Sequence record: PZ445550.1
DNA from: a phage
Length of the DNA: 64,000 nucleotides
Strand: one strand, 5' to 3'
The notes under the pieces are model-generated. The model did no database searches. It was not told where the DNA came from and worked only from the letters and a program-made list of their open reading frames with translations. This document shows positions 48,967 to 58,316 of the stretch, one piece after another. A program made the position numbers and the translations under genes. Every line of letters begins with the position of its first letter. Within the stretch, counting starts at the first letter, position 1.

Positions 48967-49762
48967 AAGGTCTATCCTCTAAATGAGCTTCCACACGAGC
49001 AATAAAATCAGGGTCACTGAAAGCATCCACCGCACCTTTACTCCAGTAAGGGACACCACGTTCTTCCAACTGGTACATCTCACTACGAGTCATACCTTGA
49101 TAGCCTGGCTCTGCCGCTAGGGCACTATCATAGTAGTTAACTACCATTAATTTGGCAGCAGTCAAATTAAGAACAGGAAATAATTCCCAATAGAAGTTAA
49201 TTACTTGGTTAGAGCAACCAACCACAATGATCATATCTTGATTGGTAATACCATCAAAAACATTGTACATTTCTGCATATGCTGGAGCATGCTCCCCAAA
49301 GAAGATTACATTAGGTTTAACCCATTTATAATCATCTGGGTCAATAGAATTGTACCCTACATTAATAATCCGTTTATTGCTACTATTGTAGCTATCAGCT
49401 ACAACAACCTCTTTTAAATATCCATGAATGTGCAGAATGTCACTATGTGGAACGCCAGCACGCTCAATAAGGTCATCAACGTTGGTAGTAAGGTTTACTA
49501 CTTGATTTGGATACCGTTTATACCACTCACCAATACGAAGGTGGGCAAGATTAGGTTCAACAGTTTCTAGTTCTTCACGGCGTTTATTATAGAACTCATG
49601 AGTTTTGTGGTAGCAATCTCCTAAAAAGGTATGAATATTGCATACTTCTTCAATATTAAACTCGTCCCACATCGCTTTACCAGTACTGGAGTCAGTACGA
49701 AATGCGCGTACGCCGCTTTCAACACTTAAACCTGCACCACTAATAATAATTAGCCTACGCAT
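48944..49762 (-). CDS. Sir2-family protein (NAD-dependent deacylase / ADP-ribosyltransferase-like)
   Basis: GAGLSVESGVRAFR (Sir2 GAGIS...SGIP.FR), TTNVDDL (TQNID-like), HIHG catalytic His; no CxxC zinc ribbon. Confidence 0.6.
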   Translation of the reverse strand: MRRLIIISGAGLSVESGVRAFRTDSSTGKAMWDEFNIEEVCNIHTFLGDCYHKTHEFYNKRREELETVEPNLAHLRIGEWYKRYPNQVVNLTTNVDDLIERAGVPHSDILHIHGYLKEVVVADSYNSSNKRIINVGYNSIDPDDYKWVKPNVIFFGEHAPAYAEMYNVFDGITNQDMIIVVGCSNQVINFYWELFPVLNLTAAKLMVVNYYDSALAAEPGYQGMTRSEMYQLEERGVPYWSKGAVDAFSDPDFIARVEAHLEDRPYVPGSNK

Positions 49763-49956
49763 TATACTACCCCCCGCTTAAATCCCTCGATAATATCTCG
49801 GAGTAAAATTGCTTCTTCAGGACGTACCCTTTCTTGTTTAATAAGCATGTCTAATCCAGCAATACAAGCAGATACTCCAGCATTATATCCAGAGTTCCAT
49901 TGCTCTATAAGCATATTTTCTAGATTACTTTTTAGATTCTGATTCAAGAAGTCCAT
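49762..49956 (-). CDS. Hypothetical small protein
   Basis: 64-aa ORF translationally coupled to neighbours. Confidence 0.35.
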   Translation of the reverse strand: MDFLNQNLKSNLENMLIEQWNSGYNAGVSACIAGLDMLIKQERVRPEEAILLRDIIEGFKRGVV

Positions 49957-50149
49957 ACAGCTTATCCTCTAATTCCATAATACGATTTTCATAAGAAGCA
50001 CGCAACTTTTCAATTGCTAACGCGCGAATAGTAACTTCATTAGCATTAATAGCTAGCTGGGCCAGGTCTTCCGTTTCCATACGTCCATTGTAAATTAAGC
50101 GATATTTAAGATGTTTTACATTTTTAGCCATTATTAAACTCCACTGCAA
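49925..50149 (-). CDS. Hypothetical small protein
   Basis: 74-aa ORF. Confidence 0.35.
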   Translation of the reverse strand: MQWSLIMAKNVKHLKYRLIYNGRMETEDLAQLAINANEVTIRALAIEKLRASYENRIMELEDKLYGLLESESKK

Positions 50150-50504
50150 CTGTTTCTAGATCTTCGTCAAACAAATTAGAATATATATCTTTAAGATATT
50201 GTTTAATATCTTTAGTAATATCTTCGTATCCCTCGGGACTACGTTGGTATACTTTTAGTACTCTATTATAGACAAATTCAAGAGTATATTCTACCTCATC
50301 TTCATCCTCGTCAAACAAGCAATTTGAGCTATATGGTGATACATCTAGATTTGTTTCTACCCAATCACCAATAATGGTGGAGTATGCAACACCCTCTATT
50401 TGAGAGTAATCCCCTGTAGCCGCAAAAATAGCTTCCTGAATGTTTTCAACGCCAAGATGAAAACCGCCACATGTAGACTCAATTATATATGGTTTTAATT
50501 TCAT
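50124..50504 (-). CDS. Hypothetical acidic protein
   Basis: 126 aa, strongly acidic (FDEDEDEVEY, SNLFDEDLE). Confidence 0.4.
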   Translation of the reverse strand: MKLKPYIIESTCGGFHLGVENIQEAIFAATGDYSQIEGVAYSTIIGDWVETNLDVSPYSSNCLFDEDEDEVEYTLEFVYNRVLKVYQRSPEGYEDITKDIKQYLKDIYSNLFDEDLETVAVEFNNG

Positions 50505-50740
50505 TCCTTAACCCTATAGATTGTTTCTGTAGAAATACTACCAGCTTTCTCGATATAGTTAATTATTACACAGCCAAACTTCTTACGAGTATAACGAATT
50601 CTAAAATGTTTAGCCTTACCTTTCATGACCGAACGTAGTACTCTACGTTCATCAAAGTATCCGAGCCAGTCGAGAGCCTTACGTTCTTCACTAGGCTCTC
50701 CAAGATGAGAAACATCTACCTTCGGAAGTAATTCGCTCAT
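50501..50740 (-). CDS. Hypothetical small protein (first gene of operon)
   Basis: 79-aa ORF just downstream of a P_N25-like promoter and leader. Confidence 0.4.
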   Translation of the reverse strand: MSELLPKVDVSHLGEPSEERKALDWLGYFDERRVLRSVMKGKAKHFRIRYTRKKFGCVIINYIEKAGSISTETIYRVKE

Positions 50741-50768
50741 ATCTTTCTCCTCTCAAATTTATAGATCT

Positions 50769-50797
50769 ATTATACATAAATTTTTGGCTGAAAGCAA
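50769..50797 (-). promoter_or_regulatory. Strong early promoter, T5 P_N25-like, driving the Sir2 operon
   Basis: Minus strand: TTTATTTGCTTTCAG...TATAATAGATCTATAAATTTGAGAGGAG; TTGCTT, 17-bp spacer, TATAAT. Confidence 0.65.
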
Positions 50798-50833
50798 ATA
50801 AAATAAAAGCCGGGTTGCTAGTCGACCCGGCTG
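50797..50833 (-). terminator. Rho-independent terminator after nrdD
   Basis: Minus-strand hairpin AGCCGGGT-loop-ACCCGGCT followed by TTTTATTTTATTT. Confidence 0.6.
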
Positions 50834-50839
50834 ATTAAC

Positions 50840-52714
50840 TTATTTAGCTCGAATATCCTGATGTTTCACCCTACCCATAACCTCATGCTGTTTACCTGGG
50901 TTAAATGGACGAGCACCTGGATTTCCAAGGTATCCACAAACTCGGCGAGTTACTTCAAGAGTTTCAGGATCATGATTGCCACAAATCGGACACTTAAATC
51001 CATCTTCAGAAGCTATTGTCTCGCCTAAGAATCCACATTTACCGCAAGAATCCACAGGGGTATTAATACCAAAATAGTGAACTTTACTTGCAGCATAATT
51101 AATAACCCATTCTAAGGCATCAGGAAATCGTTTCATGTCTGGTAATTCCACGTAGGAAATACACCCACCAGATGCAATTGGAGTAAAATTAGACTCATAG
51201 TCAAACTTCACATTAGGAGCAACTTTACGCTCTACATCAAGATGATGAGAGTTAGTATAATATCCTTTGGCTAAAATATCTTCATGCTCCGGGAAATATT
51301 GACGATCTAGACGACAGAAACGGTCACACAAAGATTCAGATGGTGTAGCATACAGACTATAACCTAACTGGGTTTCTTCTTTCCTCTGATCAACCCTATC
51401 CCGCATATACTGCAATACACGTTGGACAAACTTGATACATGTTTCAGACATCGTATCAACATCTTTACCAAACATGAACTGTAACATTTCATGACAGCCA
51501 ATATACCCTAGAGATACAGAAGCACGATTGTAGAAATGATCGAATACATATTCATCAGGCTCTAAACGTAATCCGAAGGCTCCTGACATATAGAGAATAG
51601 GCGCGGCTTTGGCTTGAATGTATTTTAAGCGATCAACTCTCCACTCCAATGCTTTTAATGCAGTATCCACACGCAGCTCAAGTAGATCAAAGAATAGGTC
51701 GATATTTCCTTCAGCTTCGATAGCAATTCTAGGTAAGTTTACAGAAACAACACCTAAGTTATTACGACCGGCAGTTTCACCATCTTCTGTAGCAGCTAGG
51801 AATGAGCGACATCCCATAGAAACTTTGTAGTCTCCAGTAACCTCTACAACTTTATCATAGCTAATATAATCAGGGTACATACGTTCAGCAGTACACTTCA
51901 TAGCTAACTTCTTGATGTCATAATTAACATCTCCAGGTTTCATATTAACACCGTCTCTAAGTACAAATACTAGCTTAGGAAATATTGCAGTACGTTTATT
52001 AATACCCAAGCCATCCATACGTACTTTCAGTATTGCTTTCTGTACTAAACGTGCTTCCCAAGAAGTTCCCAGACCAAAACCAAAAGTAATAAATGGACTC
52101 TGACCATTAGAGTTAAACATCGTATTGATTTCATACTCTAGACCCTGACAAGCATCATAGACTTCTTTTTCAGTCATTTCAGTAGCCATTACAGATGCTT
52201 TGGCTTCATCCTTAGTCCAACGCTTTGCAAACGCATGGTTTTTGTCATAGGATTTACGTACATAAGGAGCAAGAACTTCATCAAGACGATCTACAGAAGT
52301 ACCACCGTACTGATAGGAACTAACCTGAGTAATAATCTGGGCTGTAATAGCTGCTGCAGTAGTAATAGAGTTTGGTGTACTAATTTCAGCATTACCAACT
52401 TTCATACCATTCTTTAGCATATCTTCCAGAGCTACTAGACAACAGTTAGTCATACCTAAAGCAGCGTAATCAGCATCATGAAAGTGAATATCACCAATCA
52501 TATGAGCATTTCGAATCTGAATTGGCATTTCTTCTAAAATCAGATATTTACTCAATTCCCCTGCAAGCATATCCCTTTGTGTAGGGAAACGCTCAGAGGG
52601 TTTATTCGCATTATTAAAGAGAAGCTCTTCGTCAGCAGAACCCTCAATAATTTCTTTGCAGTTTCTAATCAAGGACTGCATTTCCTTGTATTTTAGTTCA
52701 TCATTGCGATTCAT
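50840..52714 (-). CDS. nrdD: Anaerobic ribonucleoside-triphosphate reductase (class III)
   Basis: Glycyl-radical motif TRRVCGYLG near the C-terminus; Cys cluster CGKCG...CPICG. Confidence 0.9.
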   Translation of the reverse strand: MNRNDELKYKEMQSLIRNCKEIIEGSADEELLFNNANKPSERFPTQRDMLAGELSKYLILEEMPIQIRNAHMIGDIHFHDADYAALGMTNCCLVALEDMLKNGMKVGNAEISTPNSITTAAAITAQIITQVSSYQYGGTSVDRLDEVLAPYVRKSYDKNHAFAKRWTKDEAKASVMATEMTEKEVYDACQGLEYEINTMFNSNGQSPFITFGFGLGTSWEARLVQKAILKVRMDGLGINKRTAIFPKLVFVLRDGVNMKPGDVNYDIKKLAMKCTAERMYPDYISYDKVVEVTGDYKVSMGCRSFLAATEDGETAGRNNLGVVSVNLPRIAIEAEGNIDLFFDLLELRVDTALKALEWRVDRLKYIQAKAAPILYMSGAFGLRLEPDEYVFDHFYNRASVSLGYIGCHEMLQFMFGKDVDTMSETCIKFVQRVLQYMRDRVDQRKEETQLGYSLYATPSESLCDRFCRLDRQYFPEHEDILAKGYYTNSHHLDVERKVAPNVKFDYESNFTPIASGGCISYVELPDMKRFPDALEWVINYAASKVHYFGINTPVDSCGKCGFLGETIASEDGFKCPICGNHDPETLEVTRRVCGYLGNPGARPFNPGKQHEVMGRVKHQDIRAK

Positions 52715-52743
52715 TATACCCTCCTTTTCTAACTAAGACTACT

Positions 52744-52772
52744 ATTATAACGTATTCAAGGGCAAATGTCAA
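52744..52772 (-). promoter_or_regulatory. Promoter for nrdD
   Basis: Minus strand reads TTGACA, 17-bp spacer, TATAAT, then GGAGG and ATG. Confidence 0.6.
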
Positions 52773-52841
52773 TATAATTTTTCTCTTAGATATTGTATTT
52801 TGACCTGTGCTAAAAGGTTAGCAAATTGTTAAAAAATTTAT

Positions 52842-52870
52842 TTGCTACTTTGTACTTAAAATAGTATAAT
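52842..52870 (+). promoter_or_regulatory. Early promoter (divergent region)
   Basis: TTGCTA, 17-bp spacer, TATAAT. Confidence 0.5.
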
Positions 52871-52981
52871 CACGCGCCTATGTACGCGGTATAAAATGAT
52901 TATCTAATACCACACATTTCCCATTAAAAGCAAGCAAATTTTTTATTTAAATGCAATATCATAGGCTTATTTAAAATTGTA

Positions 52982-53010
52982 GTTGCTTTTTACTGTATAT
53001 ATTGGTATAA
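52982..53010 (+). promoter_or_regulatory. Early promoter upstream of phoH
   Basis: TTGCTT, 17-bp spacer, TATAAT. Confidence 0.55.
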
Positions 53011-53084
53011 TATATTTGTAAGTTGATAAACAAGATCTTTTTGTTGATCCTCTGTTAGCGAAGTACACTATAGGAGTGTTATTT

Positions 53085-53837
53085 ATGGGAAAAGCACGTC
53101 AAAAAAGAGAGAACCGCAATGGTTCAAGAAAGCGTGGCAACAAATATGAGAATAACGTAATTCAGGCTGATTTTTCTAATGATTACGCTAATCCAGTTGC
53201 TAAATCCCTAGTAGGTAAAAATCGAGAGCAAAAATCATATATCAATATGATCAAGAACAATACAGTGACAGTGGGTATTGGAGAGCCCGGTACTGGTAAA
53301 ACTTTCATCCCCTCTGTTCTTGCAGCTCAGGAACTAGTTGACTTACACTCAGATATTGAGCAAGTTATTCTAGTACGTCCTAATGAACCTCTAGGTAAGT
53401 CTCTTGGTATGCTTCCTGGTGATCTAGCAGAAAAGCTAGAGCCTTGGTTGGAACCAATAGCTGATGGTATGAAATGGGCCATTGGTGATCATGCCTATAA
53501 GGGATATGTTGAGCGTCAGAAAATTAAATTCCTGGCTATCGAACATGCTCGTGGCAGAACTTTCAACAACTCCTATGTAATTGTCGATGAAGCTCAGAAT
53601 ATCTCCGTTGAAGCAATGATTTGTCTCCTAACCCGTGTAGGACAAGACTGCCGTTTAATTATCTGTGGAGATATAGCTCAGAAAGACATTAAGGGTGACT
53701 CAGGTCTAGCACTTCTTATGGAAGTCTATGAGAAATACGAAAACGCTCCATTCTCAATGATCGAATTGATTGATAACGTTCGTTCTGTTGAATCCAAAGC
53801 ATTTTACGATATTTTTAAAGACATGGGGAAGGTGTAA
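53085..53837 (+). CDS. phoH: PhoH-like ATPase
   Basis: Walker A GEPGTGKTF, Walker B VIVDEAQN; start at ATG 53085 behind AGGAG. Confidence 0.8.
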   Translation: MGKARQKRENRNGSRKRGNKYENNVIQADFSNDYANPVAKSLVGKNREQKSYINMIKNNTVTVGIGEPGTGKTFIPSVLAAQELVDLHSDIEQVILVRPNEPLGKSLGMLPGDLAEKLEPWLEPIADGMKWAIGDHAYKGYVERQKIKFLAIEHARGRTFNNSYVIVDEAQNISVEAMICLLTRVGQDCRLIICGDIAQKDIKGDSGLALLMEVYEKYENAPFSMIELIDNVRSVESKAFYDIFKDMGKV

Positions 53838-53838
53838 T

Positions 53839-54081
53839 ATGGGAAACGTCGTTCATTTACACCGCAAAACTAAAATACATCGTACTTCACTGAGTGCTGC
53901 TAATATGATTACACGTAAGGAAGGGGAAGAGAGTCCTAAGACTACCCTAGCGTGGAAAATTGTAACCTCAAATCCAAATAAACCATTTAATTATAGTGAG
54001 TTAAGCACTTCCATAGATATTCTATTAAAAGAAGTAGCTAAAGCTAAAGTAATTGAACAAGCTAAAAAGCTAGACTGGTAA
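53839..54081 (+). CDS. Hypothetical small protein
   Basis: ATG 53839 behind GGGGAAGG; followed by a terminator. Confidence 0.4.
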   Translation: MGNVVHLHRKTKIHRTSLSAANMITRKEGEESPKTTLAWKIVTSNPNKPFNYSELSTSIDILLKEVAKAKVIEQAKKLDW

Positions 54082-54086
54082 TAAAT

Positions 54087-54121
54087 AAGGCCTGGGTATG
54101 AAAATACTCGGGCCTTTTCTA
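54087..54121 (+). terminator. Rho-independent terminator
   Basis: Hairpin AGGCCTGGGTA-loop-TACTCGGGCCT followed by TTTTCT. Confidence 0.55.
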
Positions 54122-54202
54122 TCAGAAAATTTTATTTGCCTAATGACTAATAATAAAGTAGAATATTCCTTAAATCCTGATAACTATAAAAAGGAAAGCC
54201 AA

Positions 54203-56533
54203 ATGAGCCATCGCATAGAAAAAGTAATTAAACGTGACGGTACAGTAGAAGACTTTGCTCCTGAAAAACTCAATGGTTGGGCAGAGTATGGTTGCAAAAC
54301 AGTCGATGTAAGCTGGTCAGCCATTACTATGGCTGCTCAAAAAACTCTGCCTAAAGGGGTTGTAGATTCCGATACCCTGATGGATGCGTTAATTAAAGCT
54401 GCTGAAAGTCTTATCAAAGATAATCCAGCTTATGATGTACCAGCGAAGGAATTACGTCTTGCGCAGATGCGTAAACGACTTTATGATTCTTTCGAACCAC
54501 CTTCTCTACGCTTTTTCCATGACCATATGGTTAGTGTAGGAGCATGGGAAGATATGAGTGCATGGATTACCGATGAACAATTTGAAGCTCTGAACCAAGT
54601 TATCGACCATGATCGTGATCGTCTTTTCACTAGTGGTGGATTGAAGCAGTTCTTCGATAAGTATTCTCGTCGTAACATTGCAACTGGCGAAATTTACGAA
54701 ACTCCGCAATTTACCTACATGGGCATGGCAATGGCGATGTTATCACAACCTAACTGGACAATTCTAGATGCAATCGACCTCTATAACGCAATGTCACTCC
54801 ATAAAATCAACGTTCCTACGCCGCCACTGGTTGGTTTGCGCTCTAGTGATCGTGGATTTGCTAGTTGCTGCCTCGTGGATTCCACTGACACATTGGATTC
54901 TATCGACACAGCCGAACACATTGTCTTCAAAATGGTCGCAGCAAGAGCGGGAATCGGGTATCATCTTGAAAGTAGATCAATTGCTGATCCGGTGCGAAAT
55001 GGGGCATTCCCGCATTCCGGAAAACTGCCATATTATCGACACATTGACAGGTCAGTAAAAGCTAATACTCAGCAAACCCGTGGTGGTTCTGCTACAGTTT
55101 CATATCCATACTTCGACCCTGAAATCATTCAATTGATGCAGGTTAAACAGCAACGTGCTACAGACGAGAATAAAATCGATAAGATGGATTATTCTCTGAG
55201 CTTCAACAATCTTTTATTAAAACGTTATCTGAAAAACGAAGATATTACGCTAATGTCATACTTCTATGCTCCAGAAGTTCATGAAGCGTTTTATAGTGAT
55301 GACGAGGCCAAATTTGAAGAAATCTATGTGGCAGCGGAGAAACGTGTGGCGTCTCTTACAAAGATCGACCACGAAGGAAAAACAGTTCCAGCAGCTCCTA
55401 AAGTCTCTGCAAAAGAAATCCTAGATACCTGGCTACGTATCCGCATGGAAACAGGACGTATGTATGCACACCACATTGCAGAATCTAATCGTCATGGTAA
55501 CTTCCTTGACCCGATTCGTATGACTAACCTTTGTGTTGAAATTACTCAACCTACGCGCCCATTCCATCACATCACAGAACTGTATAAGACAAAAGAGCAG
55601 CTTGACCAAATGAAGCCAGAGGACATTGGAGAAGTATCTCTATGTAACTTAGGCGGAGTTGTACTTGGACGTATGGAATCTCTAGCTGAATGGGAGAAAA
55701 CTTGTTATATCCTTCTGAAATTCGTTGATACAATCATTGAGATTCAGGACTATCCATTCCCGACTATGGAGTACACAGCGAAGAAACGTCGCAACGTGGG
55801 TATTGGTCTGATGAACGCAGCTGGTGCAATGGCAGCAGAAGGTTTGGCTTATGAAGGTGTTGAAGCCCGTAATTGGATTCACCGTGAGGCTGAAAAACTG
55901 TCTTACTTCCTGCATAAAGCCTCCGTACGTCTGGCCAAAGAGCAAGGTGCATGCGAGTGGTTTGATCGTACTAAACCTTCACAAGGAACTCTAGTAATTG
56001 ACACATATAAGAAAACTGTTGACGAGCTAGTAACTGTAGGCCTAGAAATGGATTGGGAATCTTTGCGTGCAGATATTCTAAAATATGGTATGCGTAATTC
56101 CGTTTTGACAGCGCAGATGCCGGGAGAAAGTTCCTCTGTTCTGTTAGGTGTTACCAACTCTATCGAACCACCTCGTAAGATTGTGTCTATCAAGGGCAGT
56201 GCAGTGAATAAAGTAATTGCAATTGCTCCAGGTGCAACTGATTGGGAAACATTAATGAGTTATAAGCTGGCTTATGATGTAGATCGTATCGAGTGGATTA
56301 AATGGGTAGCAACCATGCAGAAGTTCTTCAGCCAGTCTATTAGTACGAATATGTATTATGACTACACCAAGTTTGAGAATGAAATCATTCCTGGCCCAAT
56401 AGTAGTTCGTGATTTCATGACTGCTGTTAAGTATGGGTGGAAAACCTTCTACTATGCTAACTTCAATACCGCAAATGGTGGCGGAGCTGGAGAAGAAGCA
56501 GCGGGTTGCGCTTCTGGTGGCTGTACTATCTAA
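54203..56533 (+). CDS. nrdA: Ribonucleoside-diphosphate reductase large subunit (class I)
   Basis: ATP-cone N-terminus (IKRDGTVEDF), catalytic NLCVEI and SLCNLG motifs; start at ATG 54203 behind AAGGAAAG. Confidence 0.9.
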   Translation: MSHRIEKVIKRDGTVEDFAPEKLNGWAEYGCKTVDVSWSAITMAAQKTLPKGVVDSDTLMDALIKAAESLIKDNPAYDVPAKELRLAQMRKRLYDSFEPPSLRFFHDHMVSVGAWEDMSAWITDEQFEALNQVIDHDRDRLFTSGGLKQFFDKYSRRNIATGEIYETPQFTYMGMAMAMLSQPNWTILDAIDLYNAMSLHKINVPTPPLVGLRSSDRGFASCCLVDSTDTLDSIDTAEHIVFKMVAARAGIGYHLESRSIADPVRNGAFPHSGKLPYYRHIDRSVKANTQQTRGGSATVSYPYFDPEIIQLMQVKQQRATDENKIDKMDYSLSFNNLLLKRYLKNEDITLMSYFYAPEVHEAFYSDDEAKFEEIYVAAEKRVASLTKIDHEGKTVPAAPKVSAKEILDTWLRIRMETGRMYAHHIAESNRHGNFLDPIRMTNLCVEITQPTRPFHHITELYKTKEQLDQMKPEDIGEVSLCNLGGVVLGRMESLAEWEKTCYILLKFVDTIIEIQDYPFPTMEYTAKKRRNVGIGLMNAAGAMAAEGLAYEGVEARNWIHREAEKLSYFLHKASVRLAKEQGACEWFDRTKPSQGTLVIDTYKKTVDELVTVGLEMDWESLRADILKYGMRNSVLTAQMPGESSSVLLGVTNSIEPPRKIVSIKGSAVNKVIAIAPGATDWETLMSYKLAYDVDRIEWIKWVATMQKFFSQSISTNMYYDYTKFENEIIPGPIVVRDFMTAVKYGWKTFYYANFNTANGGGAGEEAAGCASGGCTI

Positions 56534-56540
56534 TGAAAAT

Positions 56541-56568
56541 AAGGAGATCTTTAGGTCTCCTTTTTCTT
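56541..56568 (+). terminator. Rho-independent terminator after nrdA
   Basis: Hairpin AAGGAGA-loop-TCTCCTT followed by TTTTCTTT. Confidence 0.6.
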
Positions 56569-56579
56569 TGAAATTTTAC

Positions 56580-56608
56580 TTGCTAATCGCCACCTGATTT
56601 GCTATAAT
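56580..56608 (+). promoter_or_regulatory. Promoter upstream of nrdB
   Basis: TTGCTA, 17-bp spacer, TATAAT. Confidence 0.55.
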
Positions 56609-56640
56609 ATTCCTGAAATAGTGAGAAAGAGGAAAAATTA

Positions 56641-57786
56641 ATGACTACTTTACTAAATCTGAATTGGGATCATACTAATGCCGACCTTTTCCTGGGAGAC
56701 TCTCTTGGTATCGCAGATTACGTGCGTGTAGCCCATCCAGAATTGGAACGTTTAGCGCTATTACAGCGTTCGCAATTTTGGACGGAGACAGAAATCAGTC
56801 TAGAAGCTGATAAGAAACAATGGCCTAATCTCCCACGTGAGATTCAGGAAATTACACTTCTGAACTTAGCATGGCAGACCCAAACAGATTCTTTTATCAG
56901 TCGTGCTCCTGAAGCAGCTATTATGCCTCTTGTAAGTCGTCCAGAACTAGAAGGTATGCTCAAGCAGTGGAGCTATTTTGAAGACCTGCATAGTCGTGCT
57001 TATAGCAACATAATTCGTAATGTGCTGACTGACCCAGCAGAATTTATTGATTCTGTAACTAAAAACCAAGAAGCATTCGCACGTATCGCAGATTCCATTG
57101 AACTATTTGATGAATTGTACCAGTTAGGTCAGTATTTCATCGCGGTTCGCGATAACAGAGGTAATAATGTTTATCCAGAAACCGAGTTCCCAGAAGTTAA
57201 ACGTGAGACTCAGGCTAAACTGTTAGATGCTTACTTTGCAATCTATGGTTTGGAAGCAATGCAGTTCTACGCATCTTTTGCGTGTACCTTTGCTCTAGCA
57301 GAAAATGATATTCTGCAAGGTATTGCTAAAAACCTGCAATTGATTGCTAAAGATGAAGCCCTACATACTCAGATGTCTAAAGCAATCATCCAGATTATGT
57401 TCCAGCAGTTTGACAAAGACCTGGTAGATGAGGCCTTAGCTAAAGCACCAGCACAACTCCTGAAAACTCTAAAAACTGAGATTGAATGGGGACATTTTAT
57501 TTTCAAAGGTCGCAGTCTGATTGGTCTGAATGCAGAACTTCTAGAAGAATACCTATATTTTGTAGGACGCAACGCATTTATGCACATTGGTGTAGAATGG
57601 CCAAGTAATCTGCCTGTAATTACTAAGAACCCGATTCCGTGGATTATGAACTGGCTAGACACAACATCCCTGCAACCAGCCCCACAAGAAATCCAAATTG
57701 GTGCAGCCTATCGTGTAGGTCAAGTTACTGAAACTTCTACTGATACCCTGAAAGATTTAGGTGATGAATTTGGAGACTTTTTATGA
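56641..57786 (+). CDS. nrdB: Ribonucleoside-diphosphate reductase small subunit (class I)
   Basis: 381 aa; di-iron ligand region (EDLHSRAYS, EALHT); immediately follows nrdA. Confidence 0.85.
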   Translation: MTTLLNLNWDHTNADLFLGDSLGIADYVRVAHPELERLALLQRSQFWTETEISLEADKKQWPNLPREIQEITLLNLAWQTQTDSFISRAPEAAIMPLVSRPELEGMLKQWSYFEDLHSRAYSNIIRNVLTDPAEFIDSVTKNQEAFARIADSIELFDELYQLGQYFIAVRDNRGNNVYPETEFPEVKRETQAKLLDAYFAIYGLEAMQFYASFACTFALAENDILQGIAKNLQLIAKDEALHTQMSKAIIQIMFQQFDKDLVDEALAKAPAQLLKTLKTEIEWGHFIFKGRSLIGLNAELLEEYLYFVGRNAFMHIGVEWPSNLPVITKNPIPWIMNWLDTTSLQPAPQEIQIGAAYRVGQVTETSTDTLKDLGDEFGDFL

Positions 57787-58316
57787 TCACAGCTATGTAT
57801 GCAGTTGGGCCGAATGGGGAGTTCGGCCTCCATGGTAAACTTCCCTGGGGTTCTTTTAAGGAAGAACTAGATGCCTTTTATTCACAATTAGACGTACTAA
57901 ATCCAGATAATATTATTATTGGTGCAGGTACTTATTTAGCATTACCACAAGCAGTACGTGTACGAATGCTTGGAGATGCAGAAGTGTTTATCCATGCTAA
58001 CCGACCTCTGCCAGATGGTGAAGAACATGAAGTATATACTCCTATCTCAAATATAGGGTATGCTTTACCATCTTTCTTAAAAGATGATCAGACCGTAGTA
58101 CTAGGTGGTGCTAATCTATTACAGGAAATGTACCAATACGGACATATTGAGAATGCTTTTGTCTCTAAAATATTTAGCACTCAAACCCTAGAGGCAGATG
58201 TATTTTTAGCTCCAGATATTCTAGACTATAACAGTCAATCCACCCGTTTAGTATACGCAACTGGAAATAACTCAGATAGTAGCCTGCGATTTGTGCAGGA
58301 ATTCATTATTTACTAA
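57783..58316 (+). CDS. Dihydrofolate reductase
   Basis: N-terminal MITAMYAVGPNGEFGLHGKLPW; adjacent to thyA. Confidence 0.8.
   Translation: MITAMYAVGPNGEFGLHGKLPWGSFKEELDAFYSQLDVLNPDNIIIGAGTYLALPQAVRVRMLGDAEVFIHANRPLPDGEEHEVYTPISNIGYALPSFLKDDQTVVLGGANLLQEMYQYGHIENAFVSKIFSTQTLEADVFLAPDILDYNSQSTRLVYATGNNSDSSLRFVQEFIIY

Noticed and set aside
31300-50800. Repeated roughly 30-bp motif (AAATTTATGTATATATTATAC-like) as a possible CRISPR array or dispersed repeat element
   Set aside because: Copies are irregularly spaced, lie upstream of gene starts, and read as TTGCTA/TTGCTT-17 bp-TATAAT plus leader on the coding strand, so they are promoters.
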